NCBI GenBank assembly: GCA_963793265.1
Contig: CAWBZI010000001.1
Location: 1,056,001 to 1,120,000 of the forward strand
Origin: an uncultured cyanobacterium
GTDB taxonomy: Bacteria; Cyanobacteriota; Cyanobacteriia; Phormidesmidales; Phormidesmidaceae
Length of the DNA: 64,000 nucleotides
Direction of reading: 5' to 3'
Shown here: one piece after another, positions 19,457 to 27,800 of the stretch
Layout of the letters: every line of letters starts with the position of its first letter
How positions within the stretch are numbered: the stretch's first letter is position 1
The notes under the pieces: generated by a model
The model's database searches: none
Told to the model about the DNA's origin: nothing
Seen by the model: only the letters and a program-made list of their open reading frames with translations
Program-made: the position numbers and the translations under genes

Positions 19457-20908
19457 ATGACGGCACCCAATCCCTCAGAGCGCTCTATAAAGCAAAAAAC
19501 CAAAGGATTTATAGAGCAGCGAATTCTGCTGGGCCAGCCCCTCACGCTAGAACTCAGCGCAATTTTGCTGGTGTATTTTGTGCAGGGCATTTTGGGCCTA
19601 GCGCGCCTGGCGGTGAGCTTTTTTCTCAAAGACGATATCGGGCTTTCACCGGCTGAGGTGTCGGCGCTGATGGGAATTGCGGCGCTGCCCTGGACGATTA
19701 AGCCCGTGTTTGGCTTTTTGTCAGATGGACTGCCTATTTTTCGGTACCGACGCAGGCCCTATCTGATTTTGTCTGGGATTTTGGGCGCGATCGCCTGGCT
19801 CTCCATGGCCACCCTCGTCGATACCCCTCTCAAAGCCACCGCCGCCGTTCTCCTTTCCTCACTATCAGTTGCTATCTCTGATGTGATCGTCGATTCACTC
19901 GTCGTAGAGCGCGCTCGCGAAGAGGATCAGGGCGATGCAGGCACACTACAGTCCTTAGCCTGGGGCGCTTCAGCCGTTGGCGGATTGATTACAGCCTACT
20001 TAGGGGGTTTACTGCTAGAGCGCACCAGCACTCAGGTCATCTTTGGCATCACCGCGACCTTTCCCCTTATCGTCTGCGGCGTAGCCTGGCTAATCTCAGA
20101 AGATCCGGTCACCGAAAAGTCAAACCTGAAAGTTGTCCTCGATCAGGTACGCCTGCTCAAAGGTGCGGTATCTCAAAAAGCGATCTGGCTCCCGGCGCTA
20201 TTCTTGTTCCTATGGCAGGCCACCCCCACTGCCGACTCCGCTTTCTTCTTCTTTTCTACCAACGAGCTAGGCTTTCAACCCGAATTTTTAGGCCGCGTTC
20301 GACTGGTCACCAGCCTGGCCTCGCTCATCGGCATCTGGGTCTTCCAGCGCTTCCTCAAAGAAGTCTCCTTTCGTAAAATCTTCGGCTGGTCTACCGTCAT
20401 CTCTGCGGCCCTTGGCATGACAAGCCTGCTGCTCGTAACCCACGCCAACCGCGCCCTCGGCATTGGCGACCAGTGGTTTAGCTTAGGCGATAGCCTGGTG
20501 CTCACCGTCGCCGGACAAATTGCCTTTATGCCCGTGTTAGTACTCTCTGCCAGGCTATGCCCACCGGGGGTAGAAGCCACTTTGTTTGCTTTGCTAATGT
20601 CAGTGGTAAATCTGGCGGGGTTGCTCTCACATGAGCTGGGTGCGCTGCTGACACACTGGCTAAAGGTTACAGAAACGGACTTCACGAATCTATGGCGGCT
20701 AGTGCTGATTACAAACCTCACAACGCTGCTGCCGCTGCCGCTGTTGGGAATGCTGCCAGCCGCCTCAGCAGTCGGCACCAGTTCAGAAGGTTCAGAAGAT
20801 TCAGAAGGTTCAAGAGAGCCTACTGAACCTCAGCGAGAACCAGCCTTAGCGCTAGCAACACCAGAAATCTCTGACGACGCAGCGGTTCGAGTAGACATCA
20901 CGCTTTAG
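19457..20908 (+). CDS. Folate/biopterin (BT1) family MFS transporter
   Basis: VYFVQGILGL, PWTIKPVFG, YRRRPYL, CPPGVEATLFALLMS. Confidence 0.93.
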   Translation: MTAPNPSERSIKQKTKGFIEQRILLGQPLTLELSAILLVYFVQGILGLARLAVSFFLKDDIGLSPAEVSALMGIAALPWTIKPVFGFLSDGLPIFRYRRRPYLILSGILGAIAWLSMATLVDTPLKATAAVLLSSLSVAISDVIVDSLVVERAREEDQGDAGTLQSLAWGASAVGGLITAYLGGLLLERTSTQVIFGITATFPLIVCGVAWLISEDPVTEKSNLKVVLDQVRLLKGAVSQKAIWLPALFLFLWQATPTADSAFFFFSTNELGFQPEFLGRVRLVTSLASLIGIWVFQRFLKEVSFRKIFGWSTVISAALGMTSLLLVTHANRALGIGDQWFSLGDSLVLTVAGQIAFMPVLVLSARLCPPGVEATLFALLMSVVNLAGLLSHELGALLTHWLKVTETDFTNLWRLVLITNLTTLLPLPLLGMLPAASAVGTSSEGSEDSEGSREPTEPQREPALALATPEISDDAAVRVDITL

Positions 20909-20985
20909 ATTGTTCTAGTTTTTGTTCAAGCCTTACCATCTCTCCTTTCACCTTTCTACCAACCACCAAATTACCTATCAAACCT

Positions 20986-22491
20986 ATGCAAACGCTTCAA
21001 TCGCCTTCTAAAAACTCAGAGACTTACACCCGAGAAGATTGGAAAAAGGGCTACGATTCTCAACCCGAAGAGTTTGCCTACTGGGTAGAAGATATTGAAG
21101 GCGAAATTCCAGCCGAGCTGACAGGCACCGTTTTTCGCAACGGCCCTGGTCTTACAGATGTCAATGGCTACCGGCTCAAGCATCCCTTTGATGGCGATGG
21201 CATGATTAATTCAATGGCGATTAAAGACGGTAAGGCGTTCTATCGCAACAAGTTTGTGCGAACAGAGGGCTACCTGGCTGAGCAAGAGAGCGGTAAGCCT
21301 GAATATCGTGGCGTTTTTGGTACGCAAAAGCCAGGCGGCTGGCTAGCGAATGCGTTTGATGTGAACCTGAAGAATATTGCGAATACGCATGTGGTGTATT
21401 GGGGCGATCGCCTCCTCGCCCTATGGGAAGCCGCCGAACCCCACCGCCTCGATCCGCACACCCTCGACACTATTGGCCTAGATCATCTAGACGGCCTGCT
21501 CAAAGAAGGCGAAGCCTTTGCAGCCCATCCTAAGTTCGATCCTGATTGCAAGGGTGAAGAGAGAATGGTGACGTTTGGGGTAAAGAGTGGGCTTTCTAGC
21601 ACGATTAAGATATTTGAGTTTGGGCCAGATGGTGCGATCGCCCAGCAGCACAGCCACTCAGTCCCTGGATTCGCCTTCCTCCACGACTTTGCCATCACGC
21701 CCAACTACTGCGTTTTTGTCCAAAACCCGGTGAGCTTCAACCCCATCCCCTTCGTCATCGGCCTAAAGGGCGCAGCCGAATGCATCCAGTTCAATCCGAA
21801 GCAGCCCACAAAAATCATCCTAATTCCTCGGGACGGCAGCAGCGAAGTACGCTTTTTTGACACCGATCCTTGCTTTGTATTCCACCACGCCAATGCCTAC
21901 GAGGCTGACGGCAAGTTAGTTTTAGACTCCATTTGCTACGACGAATTCCCGAGCATCGGAGATGCAGAAGACTACAGCACCGTCGATTTTGACCACGTGC
22001 CCGCCAGTCAGCTCTGGCGCTTCACAGTGGATTTGGCAACTGAGAAGGTAGACCGTTCGATTCCCATTGAGCGCTACTGCGAGTTTCCAACCATTCAGCC
22101 ACAAAAGGTAGGCCGAGACTATCAGTATCTATACATCGGCGTAGCGCACAAGGACACGGGCAATGCGCCTTTACAAGGGTTGCTAAAGCGAGATATGCAC
22201 TCTGGTGAAGAACAGTTTTGGAGCGCGGCCCCTCGCGGGTTCACAGGCGAGCCTTTGTTTGTCGCAAAGCCCGATGGTAAATCGGAAGATGACGGATGGA
22301 TTTTGCTGTGGCTGTATAACGCAGCAGGCGAAAGCGAAAGCGCGGCTTCATCTGGTCGTACAGAACTCGCTATCTTCAATGCGCAAGACATCACCACCGG
22401 CCCCATTGCCAAGCTCAACTTAAAGCATCACGTCCCTTATGGCTTGCACGGCAGCTTCACGGGTTCTTACTTTGGCCCGGATGCTGCTTAA
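20986..22491 (+). CDS. Carotenoid oxygenase (RPE65/apocarotenoid oxygenase family)
   Basis: RNGPG, HPFDGDG, four Fe-ligand His (AHP, HDF, FHH, LHG). Confidence 0.95.
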   Translation: MQTLQSPSKNSETYTREDWKKGYDSQPEEFAYWVEDIEGEIPAELTGTVFRNGPGLTDVNGYRLKHPFDGDGMINSMAIKDGKAFYRNKFVRTEGYLAEQESGKPEYRGVFGTQKPGGWLANAFDVNLKNIANTHVVYWGDRLLALWEAAEPHRLDPHTLDTIGLDHLDGLLKEGEAFAAHPKFDPDCKGEERMVTFGVKSGLSSTIKIFEFGPDGAIAQQHSHSVPGFAFLHDFAITPNYCVFVQNPVSFNPIPFVIGLKGAAECIQFNPKQPTKIILIPRDGSSEVRFFDTDPCFVFHHANAYEADGKLVLDSICYDEFPSIGDAEDYSTVDFDHVPASQLWRFTVDLATEKVDRSIPIERYCEFPTIQPQKVGRDYQYLYIGVAHKDTGNAPLQGLLKRDMHSGEEQFWSAAPRGFTGEPLFVAKPDGKSEDDGWILLWLYNAAGESESAASSGRTELAIFNAQDITTGPIAKLNLKHHVPYGLHGSFTGSYFGPDAA

Positions 22492-22617
22492 GAGCTAACG
22501 TTTGCTCGGGGATAATCAAATACGACAGACGGCAACAGTTGGGCTCTGGTCGAAGTGACTGAAGCTCAGCTCGAAGCCGTTGAGGTCGGCTCTGATGAGC
22601 AGCTTATAACAGGAGAA

Positions 22618-22932
22618 CTATGCAGTGGTTAGCTCACGCTGTTTGATGTTGCTAGTATCGGTTTCGAGCTGAGCGATCGCCAAGCGATACTCCGTTTCGA
22701 TACGCATCCAAACCGCAGGCGAACCACCCGTGTGAGCAGCAATTTTCACGGCCAGCTCAGGTGTCAACGCTGACTTACCACTAAGCATACGACTGATAGT
22801 AGAGGCGCTTACACCGATAGCCTCAGCCAACTGCGCACCACTCAGACCTTCCATGTGCATATCTTTTATAATTTCTGCCGCAGGCATCGGGCGATCGCAC
22901 AGTGGCAAGTGATTAAAGCGTGTCTCAGTCAT
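22618..22932 (-). CDS. higA: HigA family antitoxin (XRE HTH)
   Basis: LAEAIGVSASTISRMLSGKSALTPELAVKI...G.SPAVWMRIETEY; lies downstream of the toxin. Confidence 0.88.
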   Translation of the reverse strand: MTETRFNHLPLCDRPMPAAEIIKDMHMEGLSGAQLAEAIGVSASTISRMLSGKSALTPELAVKIAAHTGGSPAVWMRIETEYRLAIAQLETDTSNIKQRELTTA

Positions 22933-22949
22933 CTTTTATTCTCTTACTC

Positions 22950-23270
22950 TTAATGAGTATTGTCTGTATATTCAATTCCGGTCACATCGGCAGTCGCTTT
23001 GTTGAAGCAGAACAACAATCTGTAATTCCCACTGACTCTGATTTCCCACCAATCATCGCCATACTCCTTGTAATTTTGGAAGTTGTAGCTATTCGCTGAG
23101 AAGGTTTCCTTAAGTTCTCCAAATGAGCGGACAGCATTCAGAGACTTTAGAATCGCCTTTAACTTTTTAGCTGCCTTCTCAGGCACCTTCATGTTCTTAT
23201 CTTTCGGGGGTGTCTCTTGTGTTCCTTCCCACCAAACTTTTAGATTTTTGGTTTTGAATGATTTAATCAT
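22950..23270 (-). CDS. higB: HigB/RelE family toxin (divergent)
   Basis: MIKSFK start, WEIRVSGNYRLLFCF, terminal His; toxin-first gene order. Confidence 0.82.
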   Translation of the reverse strand: MIKSFKTKNLKVWWEGTQETPPKDKNMKVPEKAAKKLKAILKSLNAVRSFGELKETFSANSYNFQNYKEYGDDWWEIRVSGNYRLLFCFNKATADVTGIEYTDNTH

Positions 23271-23284
23271 AGCTCATTTTTCTG

Positions 23285-23312
23285 TGCGCTGTGCGCAACT
23301 AGCAATATTTTA
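23285..23312 (-). promoter_or_regulatory. Putative higBA -10 box and operator
   Basis: TAAAAT on minus strand (23307-23312) followed by palindrome TGCGC-N3-GCGCA (23285-23297) just before the higB ATG. Confidence 0.5.
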
Positions 23313-23461
23313 CATTCATTTTAAAAGGCCATCTTCCCTGACACGGTAGACGTGTCGAGCGCTATCAGGCAGCAAGACTATCTTGTAGCACAACGAACTC
23401 TAGCTTTTATACGGAGAGGTATCCTACCAAACTACGATATATTCGGAGGCTGTAAGCGTAG

Positions 23462-24007
23462 ATGCGTATTCTTCTCGTAAACCCGCCTCATACCGCAATT
23501 GGCAGTCGCATTCATAAAGAACAACTGCCGCCTTTGAGCCTACTGTGCATCGACAGGCCGCTGATAGACGCTGGGCATGACGTCGCCTTATTAGACGCAG
23601 AGTTAGGGCCACTTTCTCCGAAAGATCGCTGCGTTATTCAGCTTGACTAGCGCCTATGGGACTACAAGCATCAGGTGCTAGAGACTGTTCACATGCCATC
23701 ATGGCGTATTTTCCTATGAGTGAAGCTAGTTGAACTTGTGTTGCAAGCTCGCCCCAAAGCGCTATGGCCATCGCTGCTCCAACCCGACCGTGCAGCTAGA
23801 GGCGGCATGAGATGGTTCACTCATATGGGTAAGCGCGTCTTCCTTCATGAATGGTGGATTTTTTTCTTTCGCGACAAGCTCATGCGCAACGGGCCAACCC
23901 TGGCCGAGTTTTGGGGAGCCCCTCAAGACCACGAAGAGATTCCGCTACGGCTGCGGCAACCGAAAGCAACAAAACTCTCTGCGAAAGATACTGCCGAAAC
24001 AAGCTGA
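23462..24007 (+). pseudogene. BchE-like B12-binding radical SAM pseudogene
   Basis: One frame: MRILLVNPPHTAIGSRI...LIDAGHDVALLDAE joined to VIQLD*RLWDYKHQVL...GPTLAEFWGAPQD; stops at 23648 and 23717; no CxxxCxxC core; only about 181 codons. Confidence 0.8.
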
Positions 24008-24046
24008 CACTCACGGACGAATCTAGTGCAATTAATGGAATAACCG

Positions 24047-24364
24047 TTACTTGACCACTGCCGCATCGCTCGCGTCTACGTCCACTAGCGCTATCTGTAG
24101 ACGCTTGCCTAATACAGTGGCAGCTCGCTCTAGCGTTTTCAGCGTAACTGACGTGTTCTCTGGGTCTAGCAGCCTATCGAGTGATGTCCGGCTTGTCCTC
24201 ATCTGCTCTGCCATTTGGGACTTGTTTAAGCCCTGGCTGTTCATTGCTTCAGATACCTGCCATGCCAATACTCGTTTAATGGTGATCGCACTAACTTCGG
24301 ATAAGATGCCGTCTTCTTCTAGCAATTCATTAAGAGAAGAACCGATATATGGGTTGTGCATCAT
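24047..24364 (-). CDS. XRE/HTH antitoxin-type regulator
   Basis: NPYIGSSL.ELLEEDG...KRVLAWQ...MAEQMRTSRTSLDRLLDPENTSVTLKTLERAA. Confidence 0.85.
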   Translation of the reverse strand: MMHNPYIGSSLNELLEEDGILSEVSAITIKRVLAWQVSEAMNSQGLNKSQMAEQMRTSRTSLDRLLDPENTSVTLKTLERAATVLGKRLQIALVDVDASDAAVVK

Positions 24365-24451
24365 TGGCTGGCCTCAACTTTAGTCTTTCTTTCGAACGCT
24401 AGGTCTAGCTCCTGCTTTTGGGTCTTCTGCGTCTTCTTGTTGAATCCGTTT
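24361..24451 (-). pseudogene. 3' remnant of a RelE/ParE (Gp49-like) toxin
   Basis: Minus strand translates NGFNKKTQKTQKQELDLAFERKTKVEASQ*, matching the HGFxKKTQKTP..ELxLA C-terminus; ATGA overlap with the antitoxin. Confidence 0.75.
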
Positions 24452-24496
24452 ACTGCATCAGGTACTTGTACCTCAGCTTCTGTATTAGAACAAAGC

Positions 24497-24709
24497 TCAG
24501 TTTAAACGGTGTTCCCAGTCGGCTGCAAACTCCAGGCAGGCCATAATATCGGCTGTTGTCAACTCTGGGAAATCGTCAATAATTTCAGCAGTAGTCATAC
24601 CAGCCGCTAGCCAACCAAGGACATCGTAGACCGTAATTCGCATCCGCCGGATGCAGGGCTTGCCGCCGCGCTTATCAGGCTCGATCGTAATGATATCGCG
24701 ATAGCTCAT
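24497..24709 (-). CDS. DUF433 domain protein (antitoxin-like)
   Basis: ITIEPDKRGGKPCIRRMRITVYDVL..LAAGMT..EII.DFPELT..DI.ACL.FAA. Confidence 0.92.
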   Translation of the reverse strand: MSYRDIITIEPDKRGGKPCIRRMRITVYDVLGWLAAGMTTAEIIDDFPELTTADIMACLEFAADWEHRLN

Positions 24710-24863
24710 AACATAGACTAGACGGCTTTTTGTTCGTACCTGAGTCTAGAGCAGACTAATGCCTCGCTGCAACAGACATCAGATACTTTAAACGAGACAT
24801 AAAAAGAGACACGTTTTAGCAGAGTACCAAAAGGCACACATCTTGAGAGATTTAGATAAGCGC

Positions 24864-27800
24864 CTAAGGTGTTTCAGTTGCCAGCGCAACAGCAAACGGT
24901 TCTTCAAGCGCTTGATTTTTAGTCGCTAGCAGAGATTCCAAATGAGCGCGTAGCCGTTTGCCCTGCGCCTGATCGGCAATGTAAATTTGGCCCCCTTGCT
25001 TTCTAAACAGAGGCAGCTCGGCAAGGGTTTGGTAAGTGCTGATATTCGGAGACTGGGCGCTGATGGTCGGGCGATCGCCTTCCGTTGGCACCAGTCCCGG
25101 CGGCAAATGACCCTCAATCAAAGCCAAAATATGCGACTGACAAGCCTGCGTATTAATCCCGCGCTGCTCTAGCAGGTGCAAAATGCCCCCAGCAGGCAAC
25201 GGCTGATCGGGCAGTACGCGCAGCAGCTCTAGCAATAGGAAGTAGTCGTTGTATTGATGGCGGTGCGTGTCGAGCACGTTGGGATAGTGGCAGAGGTTCG
25301 CCAGGCCATAGGCAACCCGGCTACAGCTATTGGAATATTCGCCGCTGTAGGTATCTTGAATGATGGTCGCATTCGGAAACTTTTGGCGCAGCCAGCGGGC
25401 GATCGCACCCAAAGAAGCCGAGCCCCCCGTACACACCACCTGCTTTATCGACTGCGCAGGCATTCCCTTCTGGCTCAGCAGGCCGTTCACCTGCCGGTTC
25501 ACCCGCTGAATGTAAGGCAAAAATACCTTCGCCTCCAAGTCTTTGCGCTTCACCACCCAGCTTTGATCGGCTAGCGTAATCTCACACTGCGTTTCCTCCT
25601 GCAAAACCAGCTTGAGCTTACGGGCTTGAGAAATCGCCTCACGCCCCAAAGGCGAATCATTCAATCGCTGACGCAACCGATGACGCTTAGCCCGATCGGC
25701 CTCACCCGCCTGCGGCAAATTCAGCTTATTTAAGCCCAAACTCTGCCAGCCGTCTATCGCACTAGCCACCGCGCTCTCATCTGCCGAATCGGCTTCAGCC
25801 TGTGAGTCTAACCGCGCTTGGGCCGCTGGATGTAAAAGCTGACAAACAATATCTTGGTCAAGACTATCACCTGCATAGGTGAAGCTGCGCAGCGCAAAAT
25901 CACGATAGATTAGCTGGTCGAGTTCTTCAGGCAAATCGACAATCGCCGCTTCGCTCAGCGTTGCGCCTGCACTAATGACGACCGTGCCCCTCTGCCAGTT
26001 GCAGTTATACAGGCCGGGCTGCTGAGAATCGAGATCTTCGTTAGCCGATTTAGGATCAGGTAGCGCGGAGAGCAAGGCTGCGATCGCCTCCTCCACAAAA
26101 AACACCTGATCGGGCCGCGACACAATACCCGCTGCCAGCACCGCCTCTCGCACATTGAAGCTATAGGTATCAGGCCAATTATTTGGATAGCCCACCGTCA
26201 CCCCCTGCAAATGAGCTAAGACCCAGCGCAAAGAGCCCTCGCTTAAGCCCGCAGCTTGAGCGCTCGTGTGCCTGGGGCTCAAAGTTCTCATCAAATCTGT
26301 CAGCGCCTTTTGCAAACTCGGCAAAGGTAAAGACTGCCGATCAGACCACTGGATCAAAGGCGCACCTAGTTCGTTGTCAGGAATGCCCACTTTTAGCAAG
26401 GGCTTAATATTGCGCAGCAGGCGATCGCTCTGATGCAAAGCAACCGGGCCAACTTCGCCCACCTGCCCCGGAGCCTGACTATCGACTGAGAGCACCGCAG
26501 GTAGCCGAAAACGATTCGCCTGCTCATCACCCGGCACATTCCAACACAGCGGATAAACCTGATCGCCAAGCTGATTGATTAAAACTGCCGACAGCCCAGT
26601 CGTACCAATATCAACGCCTAAAAACCAGCTAGCAGGCTGACCGTTCGTAGGATCGTTGTCGCTGTTATTAATGTCGTCGCTATAGCCGTCATCAAGATCC
26701 TCAGAAACGCCAGTCGGAGCCTCAAAAAGCGGCAGTGTTCCAGAGAATTCCTCCGCAGCGAGTTCATCATCAAACGACTCCGTAGATAGCGACGCCAGCG
26801 TTTCGTCAGTCGAACTATCAGCGGTGTCTAAAGTGCCATCTGCCGTGCGATAAAAATCCAAATCATCATCGAAATCCGATGGTGGCAAGTCTGTTGGCGG
26901 CAGGTCTGCTGGAATAGCAGGCAGTGGAACGGAGGACAAATCGGCCAGCGGCGGATCGATAAGGTTACCTGCGGGCAGCTCATCTGCAGGCAGCTCGGCG
27001 GGAAGAGGGACAGGGAGATCAATTTCACCAAGTAAATCTGGATCTTCAGCAGATGAGTCTGCATCTAAATCTTCTAGTTCTTCAGCAATTAAGTCTGTAG
27101 CTGACGTTTCTAGTGAGGATTCAGCAAAGGGATCTGAAGTCAAAAACTGGGGCGACTCCGCAACAGACTGAGCCTCAAGTTGAGAACCCGACGGTGAACT
27201 ATCGGCACCAGCCGCTTCACTGGCAAGCCCTCTATTATCAGCGACGGTTTCTTCTTCAGGCCAGTCAGGAATAGAAGCTGAGTCTAGCGGATCGGCCTCA
27301 GCGGCAAGCACCGCAGGTGGTGATATAACAGCATCAGAAACAACAGGTTCTTCAAGATCACTCGTCAGGTTTGCAGATAGCGCTGCCAATCCCCTCGTCA
27401 CCGCTGAGGCCGCCAAGCGAACAGATTCTTGATTATCATCGGCTAGCTCCGCAGCCAGCTCATCAGAAATCGTATCGTCTACTTCAACAGAAGAGCCGTC
27501 TACAGGAACCAAAGAAGGGCTCGAACGCTCATCTATTTCATCCTCCGCATCAGGAATATCAGGCACCAGTGCCGATTCGGGCAGATCAAAGCGCTCGGCA
27601 GCAGGGTCAAGATCAGAGTCAACAGTATCCTCATCCAAAATTGCCTCAAGCTCTTTGAACAAAGGTTCAGAATCTACCTCAGCCTCATACGGCTCGTCGA
27701 TCGTTTCATCTGTAGCCGCTAAGCCTGAAGCCGACGCGCCCATTGCCGCCGTTCCCAAAGCCGCTGCCCCTAGCGTTGCCGCACTGATACCGCCTCTGAT

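Noticed and set aside
22500..22632. Short plus-strand reading (NTTDGNSWALVEVTEAQLEAV...) faintly resembling a DUF4926 C-terminus
   Set aside because: No start codon and similarity too weak to support without a search
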